Below are positions 1 through 12,762 of a stretch of DNA of 64,000 bases, in pieces. The stretch comes from Trichosphaerium sp. ATCC 40318 (lineage: Eukaryota; Protista; Tubulinea). How positions within the stretch are numbered: position 1 is the first letter of the stretch; every line of letters starts with the position of its first letter. Made by a program: the position numbers and the translations under genes. The stretch covers positions 84,694-148,693 of the forward strand of contig JALMLS010000561.1 of the NCBI GenBank assembly GCA_038496445.1, in the 5' to 3' direction. The notes beneath the pieces were generated by a model, which was given only the letters and a program-made list of their open reading frames with translations, was not told where the DNA came from and did no database searches.

Positions 1-197
1 TGGCTCAAGTGTTACTTTCAAAAATATTTCCAGCTAGAAGCGATGAACGTATTGACATAATTAAAGTATTTTTCGATGGTGCTATTTGTGCTACAGTCCT
101 AGAAAGGTAACAACAGCTTTTCTTTCAAAAAATGGATTCTCATTTTTTTCTAATTTTTTTTCACAGGGACATCAATGAGAGTCTGATAGCCTTGTAA
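1..197 (+). CDS. 3' end of a gene entering from the left, unknown product (..AQVLLSKIFPARSDERIDIIKVFFDGAICATVLER|DINESLIAL*)
   Basis: Open frame from base 3, GTAAC..CACAG intron (~107-166), TAA at 195-197, AATAAA just after. Confidence 0.55.
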
Positions 198-1257
198 ATA
201 ATAAATCTCACAAACAATGTAGCCTTTTATGATTTAAGTAGCAGTGGTGGATAAATATTTCAGTGCAAGCCGTTTGAAGAAAGCTCATCCTTTTTAGTTT
301 AGGCCGAGTTGTAAGCCTTGTTTTGTCATCGTATACCGTCCAGGAGATAGTATATAGATTTGTTGATATGTGATAGGCATGCGTGCGGACATAGGCTCGC
401 AGATATGAACACGGGTCGTAGTAAAGCTTGAGTATATTCGCAATGGCTCAACGAGACCGGTGAATGATCAGTTTTATATGCAGGGCGTAGTCTGTCAGTC
501 TACACGATCAAACCAAGTCTTCTTGCTGCAACAATATATGACGGTAAATATACTCGTAATGGCGCTAAACACGCATGAATGCTAGCTAGAGCGTATTAAA
601 AACAAGTATGAGTGGTTTTTTAATTCGAAATTGGATACTGCATGTAGTATGATAATGCACACTTACATCTTACAATTTTTTACAAAGAGCGCACGGAATG
701 TGCGCACGTATGTTATGTGCGTGCTTTAGAGACGTTTTAGTAAAACTGGAGTGATACCACAACCTTTTATTTTAGTAGCTTGTGCCCTTTATAAATAATT
801 CATGATTATTTACTATTGATTGGCAAGGTAAACCTCCTTTACTTAGAATGGGCAGGTACCAGAGGCAATGGATTTACAGGATGGGTACGACTAGTTTGTA
901 GGTAATAGTTATTAGGGTTGACAGGATTGACTTGGGCGATAAGGGATGGCTTGCAGAACGGTAAATATGTAGTGTTACTTAGTATAGCTAACTATTGGAG
1001 ATCGGTTACTTCAGGGCAATGTTTGTTTAATAATAATAATCCATAAATAAAAAATGGACTCATATTTTTGTTTTGCCACGTTTTTTTTTTGGACAGAAAT
1101 ATTCCAAAATTGTAAACCGAGGTTGAGTCCCTTTTATAGTGTGATTTCAGCTTTGAACTCTAGCAAGAATTGTTGTTCATGGTGTAATGGACCAAAGGTA
1201 TTTTTATTTGATCTGTTTTCTTTCTAAGTATTATTATTACAAGGTCACCTGGTTTTG

Positions 1258-2742
1258 TTAAGTCATTTCTAGATCAGGTGAAGATCTATTCTTATGCAAC
1301 ATAACCTCTTTTAGCCATGGTAAAAAAGTCTTGATGGCTAAATGGATACAAAGTATACAAGAAGCAATGAATACTGTGTTTATGGCTATCATTACCAATA
1401 TAAAAGCAATCTTTGCTTTACTTATTTTACCTTCAAATGGCTCTGCAGTCAATACAATAGGTTTATCATAACGGGATACTTGAGAATCATCAATGGCCTA
1501 AAGAATAAATCAGAATTGAAAAGAGAAGGTGCTTTATCATTCTTACACTGCGAATACGTCCAATGCTGAGTTCTGGTACTATTGATGCTCCTTCAATAAA
1601 CAAATGGCTGTCAGTTTCACTATCAAACCAACCTTGCATGCATGGATCATCAGTCTTTTGTGCACAAGAGGTACTACCTAGACCAACAAGTTCAAGATCT
1701 GGGACTTTACATCCAACGAAGAATATAATTTGTTCCTACAACAAACATGTCAATCACAAAAAAAATTATACACAATCTCATGATAAAAACAAAAGGTAAT
1801 TCTTGGCGTGACATTGATATTGATCATAATCGGCTTTATATTGAATTAAACTAATGCTGAAAGAAAAAAGTTGACACAAAATCAAACGTACAGTTCCATT
1901 AAGAAGATTTGTTCCAGGGTTAAGTGAAACAGGTGCAACGCAATAACCTGTACTAATACACTTAATATTAGATGGGTTAGGGTTAAAACGTGAAGGCGTA
2001 GAGCAAGCCCCAGCACTAAAGTAACCCCATCTAAAAAACAAGTAAGTATAAGAAAAAAACAAGAAACAAAGACATACTTTGATGAATCGCTTACTACTTC
2101 AGAAGGAATATCAAATTGATAACCAAACCCTTCAAAATATGATACATCATCACCACTCTGTATTGCATTTTTATCGTCAATATCAATAACACGTGTACCT
2201 AAAACCAAAAATCAAAAAAAAAAACAATTCCCATTCGGTCGACACCAAAAACGGATTTAGAGAAGGCGCTAGCAGTTAAATAGAATGCTACACAGGTCCG
2301 TACCGAGACTGATAGTTAGCATGTAAGGTCTACATACTGTTCCAAGGAGTATTGCTAAGATTATAGCCGTAAAACAAGCCAATAGAGCAAATCCAAGTCC
2401 GAGCTGCATGAATATCTTATCAATAGATTTATCCTTCTCCTTGAACGTCGCATACGCCAGGAAGTAAGTAGCACCTCCTAAAAAGCCAATACAGGCAAAA
2501 ATAATAACCTAAACGGGTATTAGCCATTTTACGCCTGTTAATGCTTAGTGGTGCACGTATAAACCCAATATGCTGGTTTTTGAGAGAAACTATCAACGTA
2601 CTACTAAAATTAACCATTTGCTCCCTTTGGCTTCTTTTATTAGACCCAAACCAAACCCAATACCGTTTATTGGTATTAAAAGTAAAAAACCAATCGCAAG
2701 AGCGTAAAACGCTCTTTTATGAGCAGCTGATATATCCACCAT
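1258..2742 (-). CDS. Multi-exon membrane protein (2-3 N-terminal hydrophobic helices, Cys-containing loop, C-terminal helix), unknown family
   Basis: Spliced model MVDISAAHKRAFYALAI|EAKGSKWLILV|VIIFACIGFLGG..LGLGFALLACFTAIILAILLGT|..IAFILVMIAINTVFIASCILCIHL..; GT-AG junctions keep the frame. Confidence 0.6.
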
Positions 2743-3466
2743 TCTTCCAGACTTGTGGTGTAATTACACGACAAGTTTAGTGATTTAAACTGCTTCTTGG
2801 GTCACTCTGCACACTTTTCAATGAAAGGCCCAATAGAAGTCTTGCCAATTCCTCGGCTGTGCTTGCCTTCTATGAAAAACCAGCCATTGAATCAAGGAAA
2901 GGTTATAAAAGCAGTTCAACGGGTCGATCTAACCGACTTAGCCGTTGTAAACACAGACAAAAGTTTATGCACAAAATTAGTTAAAACAGACTCATTAATT
3001 AATGGGCTTTTCAGCCACTCGACATGTAGAACTTCGTATTTTACAGCGTGAGACTAATCCGGATGAAAAAAAAGTGTCAGGTGGTTGACAATGAAGTCAA
3101 CTTCGCACAAAGTCCGAAAGAAGCTAGTGCCGCCAATGTAAGTAATTGATAGAAACTGTATGCTTATTAACTGAGTACCAGTCGTATTTATATGATCAAT
3201 CCATAAGGCTTGATCGTCTTTTAGTACACTCTTGGAGAAGCGAGAACATCTTAATATGACAACAAGTTCATGAAACAATACTCGTAGTTTTTATCACTTT
3301 ATGTACGAAAGGTTCACTAGTGTTCTAGAGAAAGTTCTACTGACAAACTCACCCATTAGTCGTTTGACTTAAGGGTAGACAGATTCATATATTACTTTAA
3401 CAAAAAATGATGCAAACTGTTTCTTATAATCAAAGTTTGTTTTATTCGTTACTACGTGGTTTTGTT

Positions 3467-4416
3467 TTAAGATTTAGGTGGTCCCATTGCAGGTTGTCCC
3501 ATTGCAGGTTGCTGTCCCATTGTTGGTTGATATGTAGGTGTAGTATAAGGCTGTTGAGGAACTTGGGCATATGGTTGAGGATTGTAAGCACCACCGTATT
3601 GAGGATATTGAGAGTTGTTTACAGGTACTAAAAGAAAATGAATTAGTTTGAAAGAGTTAAACGTATTTTGAATAAGCACCTGTCACGTGGACTTCTCTTC
3701 TTCGCCTGTTATTCCTTCGTACTACGAGTACAACGATAACAACAATTAAAATCAAACAAGCGCATCCGCCACCAATCAGACCCAATACAATAGAAAGTAC
3801 GTAATCTTGGGGAAGGTGTTATTTTTTGTAAAACTGAAATAAACTTCGGGTTTGCGAGATGTTTGCTTGTAACGTACGAATTGGGTTTGTCCACGAGCAT
3901 TCAGATCTTACAAGAGCCCAATCACCATAACAATACGCGCTCGAATCGGTACAAGAAGCTGTATTTCTACAAAAAACAGAGTTTGAAAAAGTGATAAACC
4001 CAAAAGTTTAAGAAGTGCTCCTTATAAAATGTCACGTGAGGATTTTTTTGCAAACGTTGTTCTAATGGAACGTTTAAAACACGTACCTGCAGTATCCACA
4101 AAAAGTATCCATGGCAACACACGTCTCACATCCAACAGCAGCGCTACAAGAACCTTTGGTTTAAAGTAAGCACAATACGATTATCTCGCAGTTTAGAGAT
4201 GATAGAGCGGGTTTAATGAGGAGAGAGCGTACATGAGCTTACTGAGAATCCGTTATCGCAGAATATTGAAGCTTGGCATTTACCATCAACAGGACACCAA
4301 CTACATGAGGGATAATTTGAAGTACAAGAAGTACAAGAATAATACTCGCTACAATCTTGTGCGAGTGTTATGTATAAAAGGGTAGCAACAACAGCAAAAA
4401 TAGTCGCGTATTTCAT
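3467..4416 (-). CDS. Small type-I membrane protein with PSI-like Cys repeats and Pro/Gln/Tyr-rich tail, copy 1
   Basis: Signal peptide MKYATIFAVVATLLYITLA; CxxCxxxxPSCSWC and CETCV..CGYC modules; TM LSIVLGLIGGGCACLILIVVIVVLVV followed by RRNNRRRR; tail PQYGGAYNPQPYAQ. Confidence 0.75.
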
Positions 4417-5028
4417 CACGTGTTGTAGTTATTGGTTGATTTTGTTAATTTTGAATTAGATTTGTGTTGACTGTCGCTTCAGCTTGTTTTAGAAGAGCCT
4501 CACCTATGTTCGCTTGTAATACGGTATTAATTTCTAATTTCTTGTAGCTTTGATTATTCAACCAAACCTAAAATTTCACGAACACAAAACGTTTTTCCGA
4601 CAGTTTTCTTGTTTCTTTGTCACGTTTTTAGGAATCTTGGCCTCAAGCGAAGTCGTAAAAGATGTGCCTGTACGAGGCAATCTAATATTCGTAAGTTGCC
4701 CAGTTCGTGGAAACTGTGAAGTACCAGGCAACAGGTTCGAGGTTAGAGAAACAGTAACAAGGCCAAGGAGCCATAAAATGGCATGAATTAATAGTGCTTT
4801 TTGCATGTTAACCTACTAGGCACTGGCACATCCAGGCGTAAAGAGGAGTATTTAACGTGAGATCGTTACAATCTCAAAGAAACTTACAAGCGCTCCCAAA
4901 GTATCTTGCGCTGAGTGTACGGTATTAACATAGCGTAATAATCTGTTTCAGAGTATAAGAGACAAGTGCATATGCAAACTGTTTATTACAATCAAAGTTT
5001 CTTTTATTTGTTACTAGTGGTTTTGTTT

Positions 5029-5862
5029 TTAAGATTTCGGTGGTTGCCCCATTGTTGGTTGATATGTAGGTGTAGTATAAGGTTGCTGAGGAACTTGAGC
5101 ATATGGTTGAGGATTGTAAGCACCACCATATTGAGGATATTGAGAGTTGTTTACAGGTACTAAAAGAAAATGAATTAGTTTGAAAGAGTTAAACGTATTT
5201 TGAATAAGCACCTGTCACGTGTACTTCTCTTCTTCGCCTGTTATTCCTTCACACTACAAGTACAACAATAACAACAATTAAAATCAAACAAGCGCATCCG
5301 CCACCAATCAGACCCAATACAATAGAAAGTATGTTCTCTTGGAAAAGGTGTTGTTTTTTTCAAAGAAAGAAACTGAACAGTGGTTTGCGAAACATTCTCA
5401 CTTACGAAATGGGTTTGTCCACGAGCATTCAGAGGCTACAATAGCCCATTCACGGACACAAAATTCGATCGAGTCGAACAAACCGCTATATTTCTTAAAG
5501 AGTGAAAAAAAATGAATCCGAAACGTTTAAGAAGAGGGTCGCGGTATTACATGTCACGTGGAGGTTTTTTCAAAATCGTTCTCATCTACCGTTTTAACAC
5601 ACGTACCTACAATACCCACAGAAAGTGTCCATGGCAACACATGTCTCACATCCGATAGCATCGGCACAAGAACCTTGGTTTATTATGAGTACGAGTACCT
5701 CGCTGTTTAATGAGGAGAGGGAGTAATGGCACCTGCTGATAACGATGGCTCGATTAGTAGATAATAAATAAGTAGATACAAAATCAAATATACTAGTATT
5801 GAATTTAACAAAGCAAGCACCTCTTTTATCAGGAGGTGACATTTCAGAAGTTGTTCTTGCAT
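5029..5862 (-). CDS. Tandem paralog (copy 2) of the PSI-like membrane protein; unrelated first exon, possibly a pseudogene
   Basis: Exons and introns from ~4970 to ~5745 closely match 3410-4240; candidate first exon MQEQLLKCHLLIKEVLALLNSILVYLILYLLIYYLLIEPSLSA joins in frame via GTGCCA donor. Confidence 0.55.
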
Positions 5863-6053
5863 GTGATTTTTTGGAAAGTATTGTTCTTTTGCTATGTTGG
5901 TGCAACATTGTTAAAATTTTTTAAGACTAGGCGGCCAAACCCAAGGAGGAAAAAACTGTTTATGTGATAACAAAAAAGTTTGTTTATTTCTTCTATTCTT
6001 TTATACTTCACTAAGACGAAATCTTACATAACTAAAGTGATTCCCTCTACCTT

Positions 6054-8329
6054 CTACCAGGTCGGCGTAGAAAATGCGCCAGCCAGCCGAAGTGCTTTTA
6101 TACCTTTGTCACTCACTTTTGTTCCTCCCACGCTAATAGTGTGAGCACCTGCTAGGGCATTAACACATTCATCTGTAACACTTGTATATCTCAGAGAAAT
6201 ATTGTGGACGCCACCAAGTGCTTTTACACCTTCATCTGTAACTGTAGTGCCAGCTAAATCTATAGTGTGTACACCTGAAAGTGCTTTGACCCCTTCATCT
6301 GTAACTGTAGTGCCAGCTAAATCTATAGTGTGTACACCTGAAAGTGCTTTGACCCCTTCATCTGTAACTTTAGTTTTCCTAAGATCAATCGTATGAACAC
6401 CACTCAACGCTTTTATACCTTCATCCGTTATCAGGGAAGAATTGGCAAGTTTAATGGTATGAACTCCTGCAAGTGCTTTTAATGTTTCATCTGTAACTTC
6501 AGTGTACACCAGGTCAATGAAATGGACTCCTGCAAGTGGTTTTACACCTTCATCAGTCACTCTTGTAAAACGAAGGTATATTGTGTGAACACCAGCAAGT
6601 GCTTTTACACCATCATCTGTAACTTTAGTTCTTTCCAGAATAATTGTGTGAACACCAGAAAGAGCTTTGAGACCTTTATCTGTGATATTAGATCCCCAAA
6701 GGTTGATTTTGTGCACGCCGGCCAGTGATATAACACCCTCTTCTGGAATATGACATGCTGCAAGGTGTATAGTATGAACACCTGCCAAAGCTTTCATTCC
6801 TTCAATTGTAAATTTCTTGTTCATTCCAAATCTGATTGTATGAACGCCCGCAAGTGCTTTCAAGCCTTCATCTGTTATTGAAATTCGCTCTAAACAAATT
6901 GTATGAACCCCTGCAAGTGCTTTGACACCCCTGTCTGTAACCTTGGTATCATTAAGGTTAATTGTATGAACACCAGCAAGTGGTATCACACCTTCATCTG
7001 TAACTTTAGTTCCTTCCAGATTAATTGTGTGAACCCCAGCAAGAGCTTTTACACCTTCATCTGTAAATTGAAAACAACAACTAAGATTAATCGTATGAAC
7101 ACCTGCCAGAACCATGAGCATCTCGTCTGTAACCACTCCAGCCAAATTAATCTTGTGAACTCCTTTAAGCGCTTTAATACAATCAATAGTACACTCGCAG
7201 CTGTCGAAATCCATTGTGTGAACACCAGCAAGCGCTTTTAGACCTTCAGCTGTAACTTTCGTCGCTCTATTAAGGCCAATAGTATGAACACCTTTAAGCG
7301 CTTTGATGCCTTCATCTGTTACTTCAGTACTACCAACATTAATAGTGTGAATCCCAGAGAATACTTTTATTGAACTATCTGTGGCTTTGGTATATCTTAG
7401 GTTGATACTATGAGCACCTTTAAGCACTTTTATACCTTCATCTGTAATTCTTTGCACTCCGTGAAGATTGATTGTATGAACACCTTTAAGCGCTTTTAAA
7501 CCTAACACGTGATAAGCTTTTCAAAAAAACGTGTCATCATCGTTGAATACAAAATTAAAAAAACGTGATTGGAGTTGTATTAAACTGGTAATTTCATCAG
7601 AAGCTTCGCGTTCCATCGTAAAGTCAAGCACCGAGTGAAGAAGAGTTGTGTTATTCGAAGTTGTAAAAGAGAATAACACTAAGTCATGTTTGACTTATCT
7701 TAGAAAACAGAAATTACTCGTATAATCGTATTAAAATACGATAAACGAACATGAGTGTTTTCAGACCGGACAGTCCACGTGTTTAAGTTTGAATGAGTTT
7801 GAATGAGTACCTTTGTCTGTTATCAGAGTTCTCTTTAGGTTGATGGTGTGTACACCTGATAAGAACGATAATGCTTCGTCTGTTACATTGGTATACTTAA
7901 GATTGACACTACGAACGCCTTTAAGCAGTTTGATGCCTTCGCTTGGCACTGATTTGAGTACTTTTACATTGGTGTGTTGTAGAGCGCCCTTGTACTTTGC
8001 GAAAGCCTTGGCATCATCTATCGTCTTCAACGTCGCGCTGTAGTACCCAATAACATCATGAACAATTGCAGCAAGTCTGCTACAACTCTGAGCGGCTGAA
8101 TAACGTGCTTTGGTAGTAAAACAGAGAATGACGCCCAAAATCTCATTAGGCAGTGTAAAGAGGTTTGCGTTAACCTTTGTACGAGGGTCAGACGGTGTGT
8201 ATTTATCCATTTGGCTAAAATACATTAAAAAACAGCGTTTTGTGACTTTATCCAGTTCTCTTACGTCAGTTGGCGTTTATTCTCAGCTCCTTTGTTATCT
8301 ACCTCGGACTGAGTTCGTTTTGGATACAT
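6054..8329 (-). CDS. F-box plus leucine-rich-repeat protein (about 22-24 repeats of ~21 aa, VTDEGVKALAGVHTINLxxT)
   Basis: 3 exons (8329-~8265, ~8214-7811, 7501-6054) join in frame; F-box-like NLFTLPNEILGVILCF..SAAQSCSRL; LRR array in the 1.45 kb last exon. Confidence 0.85.
6229..6369. repeat. Exact 63-bp tandem duplication (one 21-aa LRR unit) inside the LRR exon
   Basis: CCTTCATCTGTAACTGTAGTGCCAGCTAAATCTATAGTGTGTACACCTGAAAGTGCTTTGACC occurs twice in a row, identical at nucleotide level. Confidence 0.9.
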
Positions 8330-8450
8330 GGCAGCACGTTGGCTAATAAATAAAAACACGCGTTTTTACTACCAGTGACCAGTCTGTGTGGTTGTTACAA
8401 ACAATTACTTACAACCCAGTTTCTGAGTCAGAGAATATTCAGATGCTGAT

Positions 8451-8483
8451 TTCCAGAAGTTCCGGAAATTTTCCGGAAGGTTC
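8451..8483. promoter_or_regulatory. Heat-shock-element-like array of alternating TTC/GAA blocks
   Basis: TTCCAGAAGTTCCGGAAATTTTCCGGAAGGTTC about 120 bp upstream of the F-box/LRR ATG; the last three blocks have canonical 2-nt spacing. Confidence 0.35.
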
Positions 8484-9121
8484 ATGTAACCATTTCCAGC
8501 AGCTTACAAACAAAAAAGAGTTTATTTACAAGCAAATATACAGTGGTTTCGCGTCTTTCGTGTTGAAGAGACGTGACAAATCTGCAGTAGACACATTTGC
8601 TCACTCCAAATTGTTCTAGCAATGTAGAAGTGTCAATTAGCGTTGTTTGCTTTGTACCGCTTGAAGTGTCATTTAAACATGCGTGCTTTTGGTGTTTTTA
8701 TGTTTTGATGACAATCAAAGCAAAAGCGAGCGCTAGGTCCTTCTGAAAAAATTTTCCAGTTTTTCCTGAAAGTCCAGAAATCAGTGCAGCGATGAAGCGA
8801 GGAGGTAAAACGCACGCACGTTTTTTTATTGTCTGAACATGTGCAACATTTCAATCTGATGTTTAGTATACACCAACTATAATCTCACCCTCCGACAACA
8901 CTCTTGTATGATCTTTTGAGTTTCGACAACCAGATACCATCGAAAATATTGTACAATCAACGTGTATGTCCTTGGCGCCTATTTGAACAATAGAGTTGTT
9001 CATAGTACCTGGTACTGTCTTATCTTCAGAAATCTGGATATTGCTTGAGATACACATATTTATACCAAAGTATAAACTCCCATGTATGTGGAACTATGAC
9101 TATTGAATATTGAGCATTACT

Positions 9122-11243
9122 TTATTGATTACAAATAATTTTATGTTGATCAGTAATATTTGTAACGTTTTTACCAAGAGACAAACAATCACCCCAATAA
9201 GGTTGTTTATCATTTTCATTGAAAGTAACAATAGTGTTCTCAAATGAAATGTTGTTAATGTACTCCAAGTAAATACCGTTTGTATTTGATTTAACTTCTT
9301 CTGGATACTGCCAAGAAGGTCTATAATCACGTGATGGGTGAGTCCAATTACTTGTCCACTTGTCAATATTAATGTGAACATTAGAAAACTTTATCATGTC
9401 AAGTGATGTTGTTACACCTGATAACATTGCTCCGTTTTCACTTTTTGTTGTAATGTTCTATCATTAATGTTAACCACTATTTTTTGGTATGAATTGGTGC
9501 TCAATGAGCGTGGAAGGTTGAGATGGCTAGCAATCAAATTTATGCAGTGCTAGCTTTTTTTTTTAATTCCAAAATTAAATGCCTTGTTGTACCTTGAATG
9601 TGATATTAGAGACCTTTCCTATCATATCCCCCTTGTATCTTTGAATAGCTGTGATCCAAATTGGCTCGCCATCACCCCACCACCGATGTGCGTTCATTCG
9701 TGTTTCAATCTAATTTTTTACTTTAGAGACAGAATAGACATACAAAGTAGTGTGTTAGGAGTTATTCACATACCGTCATGTTCGCATATGTTACGTTTGT
9801 CATGTTTCCTGGACCTCTCACTTGAATACCAATGCCCCTATGATAACATTAGGATAGATATTTATCAATAGAAAAAACCTGTTAGAATCCCAAATGTCGA
9901 TATCATGAAAAATAATGTTTTTGTAGTTCGCATTAAATGATGACCCAAACTTTATTGCTGAACTCTTTGACCTAATACGACAGTATCTTACAGTCACATT
10001 AAGAGCGTCACCATACTAAATACAGAATTAGAAGAATCTCAAACATTTCAAAAGGTTCTTTGTAAGTACCTCTTCAGAACTTGCTTTTAAACATACACCG
10101 TCATCCCCAGTACTTACATTACATCGCTGCACCAAAACATTGCGTGAAGAATCAATATCAATACCTACAATAAGGAAGTAAGATGACTAAATAAACATTG
10201 ACCAAATACCATCGTTGTTTGGCCACCTAGAAGAGGAAATAAGAACGAAGTTTTCTAATGTATGAAAGAATGACTGTTTTCTGTATTGGATTTATTTTGT
10301 GCCTTAGGTCTCCTTGTACGGTTACGTTATCAATTATAACGTTTTCACAACCTTGGTAATGTGACGTCCAGTCTGGAGAGTTACTCAAAGTAACACCTTG
10401 AACAAGTATATTCGAGCAATTTATAAATTGTACTTGTCTTGGTCTACACTCTCCCACACAGCCGTTGATATTCCATGTAAATGGCTGATACCTTCAAAAA
10501 TAAGCTTGATAACTAATCCATTAATAATTACCTATCATCAATAGAGCTGTAGTATTCAATCATTCCAGGAACCTTTATTGTAATAAGTAGATTAGTGACA
10601 TGATTTTAGTGTGCTATTAACGTACTGCTTGACCGTTTACAGTACCGTAGCCACGTATTCCAATCTTGTTTTTATCATTGGCATAAATAAGCCTCCACAA
10701 TGATGGATCATCTGGGTAATCCTTCGGGTTTAAAGAACCTTAAAGGCATTAAGAACAAAGAGTACAAAATAGAAAACACTATTTTTTTTTTTTTGCCGTG
10801 TCCATTGGTTCCTTTTGGTCACGTGACGCAAAAAAGCTTTTTCAATTTTCAAAAGTTGTACCTAGTATTTCTACATCTTTACCTATCCACAAGCAAACGT
10901 TTGATAGTAGTATGATCTGACCTGTTAAATATTTTCCTTTTTCAAAAGAAACATAACGAAAACCATCTGTTGATACAGTTCCGTTTTCTGACGCGTATTC
11001 GATAGCTTTCTGAATAGAAAGGGTATCTAACGTTTTACCATCACCTTTGGCACCAAAAAGTGTTACACTAACAGCATGTGGTGGTACTGTCATTGGTAGA
11101 ACCGGTACAACCATATCAGGTGCTTGGGATAGGACGCTACCAAACGTTGCCAATAAAACGAGAAGAACACCGAAAACATGTTCACTAGCACTGTAATTAA
11201 CACAATAGTATCCATCGAATATCTATCCTTACTTTTCCGTCAT
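9122..11243 (-). CDS. Secreted glycoside hydrolase family 28 (polygalacturonase-like, beta-helix)
   Basis: FGAKGDGKTLDTLSIQKAI, PNNDGIDIDSS, TGDDGVCLK and WWGDGEPIWIT motifs across ~10 exons; hydrophobic N-terminus. Confidence 0.9.
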
Positions 11244-11449
11244 CACGTGTGATACTTCTGGTGAAAATGTAATAAGTGATTGATTTATTTGACTATGTTT
11301 TACTTAGTCGAGCACCCTTCACGTTACATATATATAGCACAACAAGCCTCTTTACAAGTTTTGTTATGTGTATTCGTTGATTAGATATTCCTCTCCGCCT
11401 CCTCACTCGTTCCTTTACCCGTTTGAGTTTGATTGCATGATTTACTTTT

Positions 11450-12660
11450 CTGTTGATTACTGTTTCTTCTTTGACAATACACAATCCATCTAAGAGAAAG
11501 CGACAATTCTTTATTCAAGTTGACGGCTATGCCATGGATTCGAATACATCCAAGGCAAGGGAATGTTGTGCCAGTAAGGTATAAGTCGTGAAACACGAGT
11601 ACTTCTTAATTGTTGCAGCAAGCGATAGTTGAAGTTACAATAAAAATACCAACAGATCGAAGTGTCATATTGCGATGTTTACAGCTGAAGGTATCTCGAT
11701 ACACTCTTATTTTGGCTTAATTAAGGTGTATTTAGGTGATTCTGATCGGTTTATTATCATTAAAACTCCATCGAGACCTATAATCAATTTGGTATTTCAG
11801 AGCTTAAAAAAAGCGATATCAATTCAATGTAAAGAGTCAGTTCTGGAGGCTCAGGTGCAATTCTTTACAAGGTGCACGAAAAAATTATCTTCCTGGATAC
11901 TCACAGCTGCAAGGTGAATTGGGGACCTGGCTTGGTCGCCGTAAAAGTATGGAAACAGAGTAATGAAGATAATTTAGACGAGAAATCACTATTTTAAGGT
12001 ATCAACCCACACTAGCGCTGTTCACTTTGTTACTAATTATGTACTTAACAGTCAGGTTCAGCATCCAAATATAGTGTTGTTGATGGCAGCTGTAATCGAG
12101 CTTCCTAAATTTGGGATAGTGATGAATACATGGAACTCAAGAGTTCATCAAAATAAAGTAAGTTGTTTTGAAGTGAATTACCTTCTAAACACCTTGCAAT
12201 AGACTGAGCTTACTGCAAAGGAAAAGATAAATATTCTATTAGATACAACGAAGGGTATAAATCACATACATAGGCGGGGTACGTGAGGATCGATACTATC
12301 CAAACAACAATATGATACTTTTTGTTATAAGGCTTCGTTCATGCTGATTTGAAGAGCCTCAACTTGCTTCTATCAAGAGATTGTACAACCACAAAAATAT
12401 GCGATTTTGGATTGAGCAATACTACAAGAAAACCAACGGATGGTATCATAGGATCAACACATTGGGAAATATAAAGGACACTCTAAGACTCCAAACATAA
12501 TCGGGTACTTAGATGGCACCTGAAGTGATAACAAACAGCGGAGTTTCTAACAAAGTGATGTGTGTAGGTACCCTCAATACTTATTTCTCTAATTGGAAAT
12601 ATCTCGTCTTGGCGTGGTTTGCACGTGCGCTGCAAGAATTACTACATCATCACAACTAAG
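11450..12660 (+). pseudogene. Degraded TKL-type protein kinase gene that still has introns
   Basis: VAVK, HPNIVLLMAA, HADLKSLNLL, KICDFGLS and MAPEVI motifs interrupted by stops and frameshifts (e.g. TAATGA near 11961). Confidence 0.8.
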
Positions 12661-12762
12661 GGTTTGTGGAGGGTAAATCGAAGTATAAGGAATGACAACA
12701 GATTTTAAGTAATTTGCTATTTTATTAGCTTCTTTGTTTTAAAAACATATTCAAACACTTCT

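Noticed and set aside
220-1010. Possible decayed gene or transposon fragments (similar tracts at 2800-3350, 8850-9060, 26550-27370, 47250-48100)
   Set aside because: Coding-like composition but stops in the frames I read and no identifiable motif
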